From a virus (lineage: Duplodnaviria > Caudoviricetes): 37,113 nt of DNA. Under the pieces are notes generated by a model that did no database searches, was not told where the DNA came from, and saw nothing but the letters and a program-made list of their open reading frames with translations. Below are positions 8,410 through 17,507 of the stretch, one piece after another; the stretch's first letter is position 1, and each line of letters begins with the position of its first letter. The stretch lies in the IMG/VR virus record IMGVR_UViG_3300020442_002570, positions 1 to 37,113 of that record. One strand, 5' to 3'. Position numbers and translations under genes: made by a program.

Positions 8410-9863
8410 ACTAATCTCCGCAACAGATCTAACATCATTTTGTGCGGAATTGCTTTTATCTTATCAAATTCAATTTTTTGTTGGCACAGTGAATCAGTAT
8501 GGTCCTTGGCTTCTTGTGGTAAATTTTCATATTGAGATTTAATTTTATTGTTATCAAATAATTCTAATCCGTTCATTACCAATGCAAAGTTATATTCGTT
8601 GAATAAAATTTTCTTTGTATAAGAAGTAAAATCGTCTGCAATTGGCATTCTTTGCTTCCACATTTCTAAATTGTTTGCTAATGAATCAGGAATATCAATT
8701 TCTGCTACGTCTTTCCAAAATTCTGTATCTCTACGTTTTGTAATATAATGCAAAACAATAAAATCTCTTATGTTATCCATTATAGCACCTACTTCTAGAT
8801 TATATCTATCAGTTGTTGATGTGTTATAGTTTACTAAACGTTGTGCAAGTAAAAAACTTTGGTTAATACTTGTACCTATACTGCTTGCTTCTAATGGTTC
8901 AACAAAATTTGCACTTAATCCTATTGCACAAACATTTTTAATCCAAGGTTTGTCTAGGCAACCTGGTTCAAATTTCAAATGTTTTGCAACTTCAACGTCA
9001 TGTCCAAGATAGCTTTGTACTTCTTTGTGTGCTTCATCTGGAGATATATGATCGCTATCAAAGATATACCCATTACCTTTACGTCCCCAGATAGGAATTC
9101 TAAACATCCATCCACTATCCATTGCTCTGGCCAATGTCCAAATTGGAATTTCATCTTCTTCAGGAGTAGGAAATACAATGGCTTCCTTCATTTTAAGATA
9201 TTTGCTATAGCTTTGCCACTTTGCTCCTAATTTTCCAATAAGCAACCTTGCAAAACCTGTGCAGTCTACATAAAAATCATATTCGTAAGTATGTGATTCA
9301 CTTTTGATTTGCCTTACAGCACCAAAGTCGTTAAAAACTATATCAATTATTTCGTCATCAAATACATTACAACCTTTTTCTTCTGCTTTATTTGTTAGAT
9401 AATCATTTAGCTTGTGGGTATTGAAATGATATTGACTTACGCCTGTTTCGTTAGGTCTTTCTTCCATAAATTTCATGAAAGGTGTTTTGTTTTCATAAAG
9501 ATAATCTCCAACGAACTGTCTTGGATCAGCATTTTCTCCAATTAATTTTGCGTATGCCATTGGCATTCCTAAATGTGCAACAGTATAAGGACCGTGAACA
9601 TTTTGTAAATAGTCTTTACCTCCCCAATTTTGAAACATGATGCCACTCTTAAAACTTGCATCAGTTTCTTTTACAAGTTCTCCTGCACTAATGCCTACAT
9701 GATCCATAAATGCTGTAAAGTGTTCTGTTGAACCTTCACCAACACCTATAGTACCTATCTTACTTGACCTAATTATGTCCACTTGATAGTTGGGAAAACT
9801 TGTTTTTAAAATTAATGCTGATACAAAGCCTGCTGTACCACCACCTACTATTGCTATTTTCAT
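8406..9863 (-). CDS. Flavin-dependent halogenase, tryptophan-halogenase (PrnA/RebH/VirX1) family
   Basis: IAIVGGGTAG FAD motif, IGVGEGS, ASFKSGI (catalytic Lys position), FYVDCTGF, GWMFRIP (WxWxIP variant), FVEPLEASSI. Confidence 0.9.
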   Translation of the reverse strand: MKIAIVGGGTAGFVSALILKTSFPNYQVDIIRSSKIGTIGVGEGSTEHFTAFMDHVGISAGELVKETDASFKSGIMFQNWGGKDYLQNVHGPYTVAHLGMPMAYAKLIGENADPRQFVGDYLYENKTPFMKFMEERPNETGVSQYHFNTHKLNDYLTNKAEEKGCNVFDDEIIDIVFNDFGAVRQIKSESHTYEYDFYVDCTGFARLLIGKLGAKWQSYSKYLKMKEAIVFPTPEEDEIPIWTLARAMDSGWMFRIPIWGRKGNGYIFDSDHISPDEAHKEVQSYLGHDVEVAKHLKFEPGCLDKPWIKNVCAIGLSANFVEPLEASSIGTSINQSFLLAQRLVNYNTSTTDRYNLEVGAIMDNIRDFIVLHYITKRRDTEFWKDVAEIDIPDSLANNLEMWKQRMPIADDFTSYTKKILFNEYNFALVMNGLELFDNNKIKSQYENLPQEAKDHTDSLCQQKIEFDKIKAIPHKMMLDLLRRLV

Positions 9864-9871
9864 TTCATTAC

Positions 9872-10447
9872 CTATTCATCAAATGTATACCAACCACTTA
9901 CAATATACTTAATACCTTTATAGATTGGATTTCCTCTATGTGGATGTGTATAATAAGCAGGAAAGAACACTAACTTACCCGGTTCTGGTTTTACTTTCAC
10001 ACCTTGATATAAAAATTCTGTTTCTCCGCCCTCTTCAACGCCATTTAAGTAAAGTGTGTATGCTAATAATCTTGATGATGTAACAATATCAGCATTTTCA
10101 CAATGCCAAACATGGTAACCTTGATGGGGTCTTGTCTTTTGTATGCTCATTCCCTTAGGAGAATGTTGCACAACAGCACCTAAGCTATCATATTTTGTTC
10201 TATACTTTTCTTCGTATATTTGTGCAACTGTTTGATAAAAGAATTTACACAAATCTCCATCCGCGTGATACATTCTATTATGATTTGAAAGATCCATAAA
10301 GATTCTTTCATCCTGATTTTTGAATCCTGTCTGATGTTGGGTAAGTTGCATTTCGGCACGTTGCTCAAACGTTTCAATAAGTTTTTTACAGTAGTCAATC
10401 GGAAATGCATTTTTATATTCTTCTATTCCGTCGTAATTACCTTCCAT
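9872..10447 (-). CDS. 2OG-Fe(II) oxygenase, prolyl-4-hydroxylase-like
   Basis: YHVWHCE (HxE), YTLYLNGVEEGGETEF, FFPAYYTHPHRGNP, KYIVSGW. Confidence 0.9.
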   Translation of the reverse strand: MEGNYDGIEEYKNAFPIDYCKKLIETFEQRAEMQLTQHQTGFKNQDERIFMDLSNHNRMYHADGDLCKFFYQTVAQIYEEKYRTKYDSLGAVVQHSPKGMSIQKTRPHQGYHVWHCENADIVTSSRLLAYTLYLNGVEEGGETEFLYQGVKVKPEPGKLVFFPAYYTHPHRGNPIYKGIKYIVSGWYTFDE

Positions 10448-10456
10448 CTTTTTCTC

Positions 10457-11164
10457 CTAAATAAAAAATTGTTGGTTCAATCTGTAGTTGTCGCCAACAA
10501 ACATTCCTGGTTTTACGTATGCAGTATGTAATACTGAGGAATTGTATAACACCATTCTGTTAAATATCATTGGTACCATACCTATCATTTCAAAATCTCC
10601 AACAGAATCAGTAACATATTTGTTCACTTGTACATTTCCTGCCACGTCTAGTGTTTTCATTGTATGTGGATCATCATAAAATGTCTTTCCGCCATACTTA
10701 TAAAAACTTGTTCCACCGTTACACTCATTTTCGGTGTTCAAATATATTGTGCTTGCAAAATTTAACCCAGATTCGTTATCCATATGGGGGACCAATGGTG
10801 GTAAGTCATCAGTTTGCATGACATTTACCATAAATGTTGCATTCTTAATACTTTGTAATACTCCTCCGTGTGGCCATTGGGCCATAGTTTCAGGGTAGTG
10901 CATATTTAACAACTGATCAAACACCCATGCCATGCTGTCCATGTCATAAAATGCATTAATTCTCCAAGCTGGGTTCATACCTCTAATACGTTTGTTCCTT
11001 GAAGCAGGAATATCCAGTGCTAATTGACGAACAGCATGTGGATTTTTGTAAAAGTTGTCAACTACTACAATTTTAACTCCGTCAAACGTTTGTATTTTTA
11101 CTTCATCTAGAAAATCAGGGTTGATAGCGAATACTTCGTCTTCATTTATTGTATTTTTAATCAT
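10457..11164 (-). CDS. DUF6445-like 2OG-Fe(II)/DSBH oxygenase
   Basis: IVVVDNFYKNP, PHMD (HxD), IYLN..GGTSFY, FNRMVLYNSSVLH, RLNQQFF. Confidence 0.75.
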   Translation of the reverse strand: MIKNTINEDEVFAINPDFLDEVKIQTFDGVKIVVVDNFYKNPHAVRQLALDIPASRNKRIRGMNPAWRINAFYDMDSMAWVFDQLLNMHYPETMAQWPHGGVLQSIKNATFMVNVMQTDDLPPLVPHMDNESGLNFASTIYLNTENECNGGTSFYKYGGKTFYDDPHTMKTLDVAGNVQVNKYVTDSVGDFEMIGMVPMIFNRMVLYNSSVLHTAYVKPGMFVGDNYRLNQQFFI

Positions 11165-11756
11165 CTTTACGCTCCTCTATGACAAAATTTGCACTTATTG
11201 TAGCACGAGTGCTGTCAGTTTCGTTTACAGTTACATAATGTTCTAACACACTTGGAAAATATACGATATATCCTTCTTTTAGAGGCGGTGTGACTCTATT
11301 ATTATATTTAAAAGGCATATCAGACAAACTAGGTAGCTTACTGTTATGAAAAAAGTCGTATGTATTTCTATAAAACACAAAATTACCACTATCAGGTGGT
11401 AACTTTAACATGTAGGCACAACTAACTACACTATCTCCTGCATGATTATGTAATTCTTGGTGTTGGTTTTTATTATATCGGTTTAACCAACATTCGACAC
11501 CGTATCCTACTGATTGATTGACACCAAGATGCTCTAAATATTCATTGAGTCCTTGAACTGCACCTTTAATAAAATTATGAAAAGGAAGTTTATTTGCTTC
11601 TGGTATTCCAAAGGTAGTATCTACGTTACAGTACCAGTTAGGATTTTTTTCAAAATGTTTGTCTTCCTTGATAATGTCTGCAAAATCATCTTGTACAAGT
11701 TGATGTGTTGACAAAGGTATGGCGTAAACTGGAATAGCATACAGGTTTATAAGCAT
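11157..11756 (-). CDS. Putative 2OG-Fe(II) oxygenase (TIGR02466-like, HxH type)
   Basis: CWLN..QELHNH..VSCAYML..GYIVYFPSVLEHYV..RATISANF. Confidence 0.85.
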   Translation of the reverse strand: MLINLYAIPVYAIPLSTHQLVQDDFADIIKEDKHFEKNPNWYCNVDTTFGIPEANKLPFHNFIKGAVQGLNEYLEHLGVNQSVGYGVECWLNRYNKNQHQELHNHAGDSVVSCAYMLKLPPDSGNFVFYRNTYDFFHNSKLPSLSDMPFKYNNRVTPPLKEGYIVYFPSVLEHYVTVNETDSTRATISANFVIEERKDD

Positions 11757-13585
11757 TAGTTCTTCATAACAATCATTTTACCATATTCAGGTAGATAGCA
11801 ATACTCCATTTCACTGTTGTAAAGAGTTCGTACTGCATCATCAAGTGTTTCAACCAACGGTTCACCACCTAAATTGAAACTGGTATTGAAAATAATTGGT
11901 ACTCCTGTTTGTTCGTAAAACTCATTTATAAGATTATAATAATTTTCGTTTTGTTCTTTGGTAACTGTTTGTATTCTACAAGTACCGTCAACATGGATAA
12001 TGCTTGGAATCTTTTCTTCAACACCTGGTTGACAATCCATTGCGTACATCATGTGAGGTGACTGTTCTAGTCCACGCATATCAAACCATTCGTGTGCATG
12101 TTCTAGTAATATTGTTCCAGCAAAAGGTCTGAAATATTCCCTACGTTTTACTTTATTAACATGATCCTTTCCATCTGGATCCGTCGGATCATAAAGTATA
12201 CTTCTATTACCTAAAGCTCGAGGACCATTTTCAGAGCGTCCTTGCCATATCGTAACAATATTTCTATCAGTTATTAATTTTACAACGTCTTTGTCTGTTA
12301 CGTCTATAGCTTCAGCACCATATTTCTTTGCTGTTTCATCTATTTCGTCATCTGAATGGCAATAAGGAAAGCCTTCATATATAGTTTCAGCATGTGGTCT
12401 GACTTTACTGTCTTTTGTTACTTGATGATATGTAAGTAAGGCGGCACCAATAGCTGTTCCTGCATCATTTGATACTGGCTCTACGTAAAGTTTAATGCCT
12501 TCTTTGTTAAGTTTATCTAAGTACCAGTAGTTTGCAACACAATTCAATGCGTATCCACCACTCAATACAACATTTTTGTTGCCAGTCATTTCTACAGCTT
12601 TAAAAATAAGTTTTAACACTTCTTCTTGTGATTCTGTTTGTACTGCGTATGCTAAATCTCTTCTATTATCTAATTTAGTCCAGTCGTTACCTGGTTGTAA
12701 TTGATCATTTGTTGTTTCTAGATATTCAAATCTACTTTCATTTACAATCGCGGCATTAGGATATGTTGGAATAATAACATTTCTGTCAGCTGATCTCCAA
12801 CGACCGTTGCCACCATCAGTATATATAGGCGGAATGTTATCATTTTTCTTACCATAAGGAAATAGTCCCATGGTCTTTCCTGCTTCAATAGCTTGAAATC
12901 CACAATATTGTGTAACTGCTTCATATGCTTTTACAATACCTGCCGCATCGTCTAACACTAATTCGTGATATCCTTCTTCACCTTCTCTATCACTTGGAAT
13001 ATAGCTTTGTATTGTTCCCGGGTATGGTCCGTTGCCACCTTGGTGTTTGTATAAAGTTTTAAAATCATCCGGATAATTACAACTGAAAATACTTTCACAT
13101 TCCCAAGTCATAAATTCATCATTAAATATTCCTGTGTTTATATTCATAGGAATAAATGTACCTGCACCGTCTACTACAAGAGACACTGCTGATTCAAACC
13201 CAGATCTATAAAAAGCACATGCGGCATGTAACTTATGATGTACATGACTCATGTCAATTACTTGTCTATGGTTATGTTGTCCGTCTTTTGTATAAGCATT
13301 ATCTGATCTATCTATAAGTCCTAGTTTTCTTGCGAGTCCAGTGTACATATCTCCGCCACTAAAATCAATTCTACTTGACTCCGCAAGCGGTTGTGTATGT
13401 GCAACAACAAGATAATCTAACTTATCTGTATAATCAAGAAACTTTGTCATGGCCGCTAATGGACCACCATCATATTTTTTTCTAGTCAGGCGTTCTTCTT
13501 CAATAGCAAATACAATTTTGCCATCCTTTAGTAGGACAGCACCGCCATTATGTCCCCTTGTAATTGCTCCTATCCATTGTGTCAT
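11756..13585 (-). CDS. O-carbamoyltransferase (CmcH/NodU/TobZ family)
   Basis: EEERLTRKK, HHKLHAACAFY, VVDGAG, GGYALNCVAN, DAGTAIGAA, GPRALGNRSIL, KRREYFRPFA, HVDGTCRIQTV, NTSFNLGGEPLV. Confidence 0.95.
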   Translation of the reverse strand: MTQWIGAITRGHNGGAVLLKDGKIVFAIEEERLTRKKYDGGPLAAMTKFLDYTDKLDYLVVAHTQPLAESSRIDFSGGDMYTGLARKLGLIDRSDNAYTKDGQHNHRQVIDMSHVHHKLHAACAFYRSGFESAVSLVVDGAGTFIPMNINTGIFNDEFMTWECESIFSCNYPDDFKTLYKHQGGNGPYPGTIQSYIPSDREGEEGYHELVLDDAAGIVKAYEAVTQYCGFQAIEAGKTMGLFPYGKKNDNIPPIYTDGGNGRWRSADRNVIIPTYPNAAIVNESRFEYLETTNDQLQPGNDWTKLDNRRDLAYAVQTESQEEVLKLIFKAVEMTGNKNVVLSGGYALNCVANYWYLDKLNKEGIKLYVEPVSNDAGTAIGAALLTYHQVTKDSKVRPHAETIYEGFPYCHSDDEIDETAKKYGAEAIDVTDKDVVKLITDRNIVTIWQGRSENGPRALGNRSILYDPTDPDGKDHVNKVKRREYFRPFAGTILLEHAHEWFDMRGLEQSPHMMYAMDCQPGVEEKIPSIIHVDGTCRIQTVTKEQNENYYNLINEFYEQTGVPIIFNTSFNLGGEPLVETLDDAVRTLYNSEMEYCYLPEYGKMIVMKN

Positions 13586-14316
13586 ACTATGTTTTCCTCA
13601 ATATATTTCATAATTCTCTTTTTATAATTTGCTTTTCTAAATGCTTCATAGCATTCAATAAGCGGAGTTGGTACAAATCTTTTTGCCTTTAAATTTTTAT
13701 AACCTAAACATTGCATTACTGGGCCTGTTTTTGATTCAAATAATGTTGCACTGTCAAATCTAACTAATTTTATCTTTTCATTTGTATTAAACTTGAAGTA
13801 ACATAGCGTTTCTCCACGTTTAATATCCAATGTATTACAACCTTTTCTAAATTTAAACGCTGGCCTTACTGGTCGAATCCAACTGGATATATTGTATGTA
13901 CCTGCTAGACCAATGCAATTTGCCTGAAAGTGGCTTTGTTCATAGTAAGGAGGTAGCTGTGTCATTGTCAATTCATCTTCACAGTAAAAAACAAAGCAAG
14001 GATGATCAAGTTGATGAACATTTTCTTGGTTGGGTTGGCCTACAAAATTTATCATAAAGTCTACAGGATGATCGTATTTAGAACTAATCTGTTCATTTTT
14101 ATAATCAAAAGAAACATGGAAGTCAATAGGACTTTTTGCCGCAAACGTATTTTTAGTTTCATCTACGATAGCAGGACAAATGCTTGCTCCATATCCAAAA
14201 AATTCTTTTGCATTCATGTCTTTATACACTGTTTGTGGTTCATAATACTTCAGCTCAGACACAAATTCTTGGTTATCTGGCACATTTATCACCGGTGACC
14301 AATAAATTGTTTTCAT
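13582..14316 (-). CDS. Hypothetical protein (244 aa) within the enzyme operon
   Basis: ORF track. Overlaps both neighbours (translational coupling). Contains an ICPAIVD..NTF...SPIDF motif. No catalytic motif recognised. Confidence 0.75.
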   Translation of the reverse strand: MKTIYWSPVINVPDNQEFVSELKYYEPQTVYKDMNAKEFFGYGASICPAIVDETKNTFAAKSPIDFHVSFDYKNEQISSKYDHPVDFMINFVGQPNQENVHQLDHPCFVFYCEDELTMTQLPPYYEQSHFQANCIGLAGTYNISSWIRPVRPAFKFRKGCNTLDIKRGETLCYFKFNTNEKIKLVRFDSATLFESKTGPVMQCLGYKNLKAKRFVPTPLIECYEAFRKANYKKRIMKYIEENIV

Positions 14317-14912
14317 TAATCTATTTCTACCTCATATAGAAAGTCACATACAAATGCTTTTCTTTCTTGTAGCGTAGGATACACTCCGTGAAATACTTTT
14401 CCGTCCATTATAATAACATCACCTGCTATGCATTTCACAAGATCACTTACTAATTCTCCTGTTACAGGATTCATTGTGATACATTTTAGTTTTCCTGCCA
14501 AAGGTTTGTCATCATGCAACTCAATAGTGTTTAAAAACATCACACTTGTTAGTTTTCTTAAAGGCAAATGAGTATGCAAGCCACTGTAAGTGTCTTTAGG
14601 ATATCTTATCCACCAACATTTTTCAAATTCTATACTTTTAAATCTAAAAGGGGCAAGCACACCCTTAATAAATTGCTTATATTTTTCCTCTTTATCAACT
14701 TGATATGGATATTTGTAATCTGGATTGTATCTCAATACTGCTCCGCCATGATCTGTATGCTCTTGAGTGCCTAAATTATCATCAAACAATGGTAAAAAAT
14801 CTTTGTAAGCACCATATTGTGCTTTCTTTATCCAATAGTCTGGTATTTGACCAAAGTTTGACAAAAACCAAAAGTCGGAATTTCCTTCATATCTGTTTTC
14901 TAATTCTTTCAT
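14316..14912 (-). CDS. Putative DSBH/2OG-Fe(II) oxygenase (HxH type)
   Basis: KCWWIRY..YSGLHTH..LTSVMFL..IIMDGKVFHGVYP..RKAFVCDF. Paralog of the adjacent gene. Confidence 0.75.
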   Translation of the reverse strand: MKELENRYEGNSDFWFLSNFGQIPDYWIKKAQYGAYKDFLPLFDDNLGTQEHTDHGGAVLRYNPDYKYPYQVDKEEKYKQFIKGVLAPFRFKSIEFEKCWWIRYPKDTYSGLHTHLPLRKLTSVMFLNTIELHDDKPLAGKLKCITMNPVTGELVSDLVKCIAGDVIIMDGKVFHGVYPTLQERKAFVCDFLYEVEID

Positions 14913-15511
14913 TATAGTCCCGGTATGATTTCATAATCAAAATCACAAACAAAAGTTCTACGTTCACCTGTTGCAGGATATGTTCCGTGATAAACATTTC
15001 CGTCCATTATTACACATGCTCCTGGCTCAGGTGTAAATGTTTGATAATTTATATCGTGGTTGCCTGGTGTTAAAGTAAATAAACTTCCTGCCAAAGGATA
15101 TTTGAATGATTTTTCTGCTCCTGTTAGAAACAACACAGCCGTCATTTGTTTTCCTGGAGTATGATTATGTATACCACTGTAGTCACCCTCCATATATTTT
15201 ATACCCCAACACTTTTTAAAATCTCCCAACCTAATAGGTAATCTTGAATCTGCTATACAAGCCTTTATAAATCTATGAAAATCATAAAGACCATCTATAT
15301 CATTTGGATATGAAAAATTATTTCTGTAGTGAAGATATCCGTTTCCTACATCTTTGTGTTTCTCATCAAATTTTTCAAAAATTTGTTCAAACTTTTTATA
15401 TGAAGGATATGTATTTCCGTCTATTACCCAAGAACCTAATTCAGGTTGTGCATTCGCACTTAATGGGCCAAGCGGGGATCCTATTCCATCTAAAAAATCT
15501 TCTGGATTCAT
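14912..15511 (-). CDS. Putative DSBH/2OG-Fe(II) oxygenase (HxH type)
   Basis: KCWGIKY..YSGIHNH..MTAVLFL..VIMDGNVYHGTYP..RRTFVCDF. Confidence 0.75.
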   Translation of the reverse strand: MNPEDFLDGIGSPLGPLSANAQPELGSWVIDGNTYPSYKKFEQIFEKFDEKHKDVGNGYLHYRNNFSYPNDIDGLYDFHRFIKACIADSRLPIRLGDFKKCWGIKYMEGDYSGIHNHTPGKQMTAVLFLTGAEKSFKYPLAGSLFTLTPGNHDINYQTFTPEPGACVIMDGNVYHGTYPATGERRTFVCDFDYEIIPGL

Positions 15512-16563
15512 TTACCTGTTCTTCCTAATATTTGGGCTTGTGGTTTTACTCCTGCATCATTTTTGTGGACAACCCCATGCGTCGGGCAGACTTCTCCTTG
15601 TTGCTCTTGTGGTTTGTACGTTCCTTGATAACTCCTAGGCTTACCAAGACGTTTACGAGCACTGTGTATAATTTTTTTAAAACTTTCATCAGTCAACTCC
15701 ATTACTTCATCGTTATATCTTTCAATTTCATCTTCCATTGTTAATCTAATAGGACTAAACTTACGCTTGCCTTCTCCTAAATCAATAATGTCAAAGTCAG
15801 GACTATCAGGATAGGAAATATTAATAGGATAAGTGCTTCCAATTACACTTGTGCATGTTGTACCTAGAGCTTTTGCCATGTGTTGTCCTAAACTATCACA
15901 ACCAATAAAGTGATCTGCAATTTGTATAACACTTGACCAAACTCTTACGTCGGGGATTTGCGGAACTGCCACAGGAATTTTAGGATTTTCTTCTATTGTA
16001 ACTGGCCATTCACTCATTAATATCACAGCATAATCTTCACGCAAGTCTTTACATATTTTTACTACATCATTTAAATGAAAACTTCTAGATGTTCCGTCAA
16101 CAATAAAGTCTCCCATATTTTCAGCAGTACGACCAAATGGTTGAAAAACCACTACCTTATCTTTTCCTGTCACAGCTTTTATTTCTTCAACTACTTTAAA
16201 TCCTTGAACTAATTCATATTTGTTCATGTATATTTTTGGATCTTGTAAATCTCTTACACCTTTGTTATTAATTGCAATATCAAATGCTTGTGCAAGACTA
16301 CATTTTTGATTGTAGTATTCCCAAACTCTGTAAGGTTCTGGGGTTATACAATCTCTATCCTTAATATAATCTTTGAATAAATTCTTATGCCAATGATCGT
16401 ATGCCAGTTCGTGTAGTTGTGGATGTCCTTTATAGAAATCCATACCTCCTTCACAAACGATAATAAAATCTTGATCTTCTTCGTATAGTTTTTCAAATGC
16501 AGGTATACTTGCTACTACGCGGCCTGCTCCGCCATTCATAAAATATGCTTTTTTGCGTGACAC
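15508..16563 (-). CDS. GT-B fold glycosyltransferase, GT9 (ADP-heptose heptosyltransferase)-like
   Basis: GTG start with AGGAG SD. VVVFQPFG and ADHFIGCDSLGQHMAKALG match the GT9 nucleotide-sugar-binding motif (D.FIG.DSG..H.A.ALG). Confidence 0.7.
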   Translation of the reverse strand: MSRKKAYFMNGGAGRVVASIPAFEKLYEEDQDFIIVCEGGMDFYKGHPQLHELAYDHWHKNLFKDYIKDRDCITPEPYRVWEYYNQKCSLAQAFDIAINNKGVRDLQDPKIYMNKYELVQGFKVVEEIKAVTGKDKVVVFQPFGRTAENMGDFIVDGTSRSFHLNDVVKICKDLREDYAVILMSEWPVTIEENPKIPVAVPQIPDVRVWSSVIQIADHFIGCDSLGQHMAKALGTTCTSVIGSTYPINISYPDSPDFDIIDLGEGKRKFSPIRLTMEDEIERYNDEVMELTDESFKKIIHSARKRLGKPRSYQGTYKPQEQQGEVCPTHGVVHKNDAGVKPQAQILGRTGK

Positions 16564-16583
16564 TTTATACTCCTAATATGAAA

Positions 16584-16591
16584 TATTTATG
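16584..16591 (-). promoter_or_regulatory. T4-like late promoter (CATAAATA) driving the enzyme operon
   Basis: Lies between the terminator and the SD of the 16563 gene. Same box as the other intergenic sites. Confidence 0.65.
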
Positions 16592-16628
16592 GTGAAGTAT
16601 GTATAAAGATAGGCAAGACTGGCAGGTC

Positions 16629-16658
16629 AAAAAAAATCCCCGCAAAGCAGGGATTTTT
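16629..16658 (-). terminator. Rho-independent terminator ending the fibre/chaperone transcript
   Basis: Minus strand AAAAATCCCTGC-TTT-GCGGGGATTTTTTTT: stem with one G:U pair ending in 8 U, just downstream of the 16686 stop. Confidence 0.85.
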
Positions 16659-16685
16659 AATTTATAAGTGCTAATTTTTTAATTA

Positions 16686-17474
16686 TTATTTTTTGCCTGA
16701 GGCTTTTTGTGCCGCGATCTTAACATCAATAGCAAATGCACCATCTCTGTATGGATCGTTTGGATCTGAAGATTCTTCCGGATCTCTCATGTCTCTTGGC
16801 ATTAATGGAAACATCATAACAGCCTGCCAAGGTTCATAACCTTTAGCTTCCATTACTGCTGGAAGATCTCTAAGTTTTTGTCTATACTCTTTCCAGGCAT
16901 CTTGTAAATGATCTGGAGCATCTGACATACCAACTTTTTGATCTGATTCATGTAGTGCCGCATCTCTTACATCTCTAACTTGTGTCCAAGTTAGTCCCAA
17001 ATCTGAACCTCTTGAAGTCCAGTCATGGATTCCAATATTAAATTCTTTTTTATCAAAGTCGTAACTAATAGCGGCTTGATCGTAAACATCTCTTGGTTCT
17101 AGTTCGTCAGTATATTCTACGTCTGGATAACCTTCTGGTGCGTCCCATAAGACTTTCCATTCTCTACCTCTTCTAAAAGCAACAAGATCTTCACGGCCGT
17201 TATCATTACCTATTTCACATAACAATGGGTTTTCTTTACAATCTACAGTGATTCTTGTAATGTCATTACCTGTTGGTCTTTCCAATTCAGCTTTTTCATA
17301 AAGACACCAACCTGATTCTTTACCATAATCTTCATCATTTGGATCGTTTGTAATTTCAAAAGTTAAAAATTCTGGACCTTTATATGTGTGCGTAGCAGTA
17401 CGTCCTGCACTGAACTTGTTTTCACCCCAAGAATCCCAAATTGGATATGTAAATGTTTTCTCTATATTTCTCAT
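16686..17474 (-). CDS. Tail fibre assembly chaperone (C-terminal Phage_tail_APC-like domain) with an acidic N-terminal extension
   Basis: WTQVRDVRDAALHESD...AWKEYRQKLRDLP is the characteristic chaperone motif. Lies directly downstream of the fibre-tip genes. Confidence 0.8.
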   Translation of the reverse strand: MRNIEKTFTYPIWDSWGENKFSAGRTATHTYKGPEFLTFEITNDPNDEDYGKESGWCLYEKAELERPTGNDITRITVDCKENPLLCEIGNDNGREDLVAFRRGREWKVLWDAPEGYPDVEYTDELEPRDVYDQAAISYDFDKKEFNIGIHDWTSRGSDLGLTWTQVRDVRDAALHESDQKVGMSDAPDHLQDAWKEYRQKLRDLPAVMEAKGYEPWQAVMMFPLMPRDMRDPEESSDPNDPYRDGAFAIDVKIAAQKASGKK

Positions 17475-17495
17475 TGTTATATCAACTCCTAAAAG

Positions 17496-17503
17496 TATTT
17501 ATC
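17496..17503 (-). promoter_or_regulatory. T4-like late promoter (GATAAATA)
   Basis: Intergenic, followed by AGGAG SD and the ATG at 17474. Confidence 0.7.
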
Positions 17504-17507
17504 ATTT

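Noticed and set aside
11756-13585. DNA base hypermodification role for the carbamoyltransferase and oxygenases
   Set aside because: Not excluded, since phage carbamoyltransferases acting on hydroxymethylcytosine exist. It is disfavoured here because no thymidylate-synthase-like, kinase, methylase or replication genes are nearby and the context is late/structural.
6969-16563. Bacterial biosynthetic gene cluster or host contamination
   Set aside because: The operon is on the same strand as the flanking virion genes, has phage late-promoter boxes at both ends, and lacks transporter, regulator, scaffold synthase and mobility genes.
16592-16632. Sigma70-like promoter (TTGACC...) overlapping the terminator tail
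   Set aside because: No good -10 hexamer at 16-18 nt spacing; the late box explains the region better.
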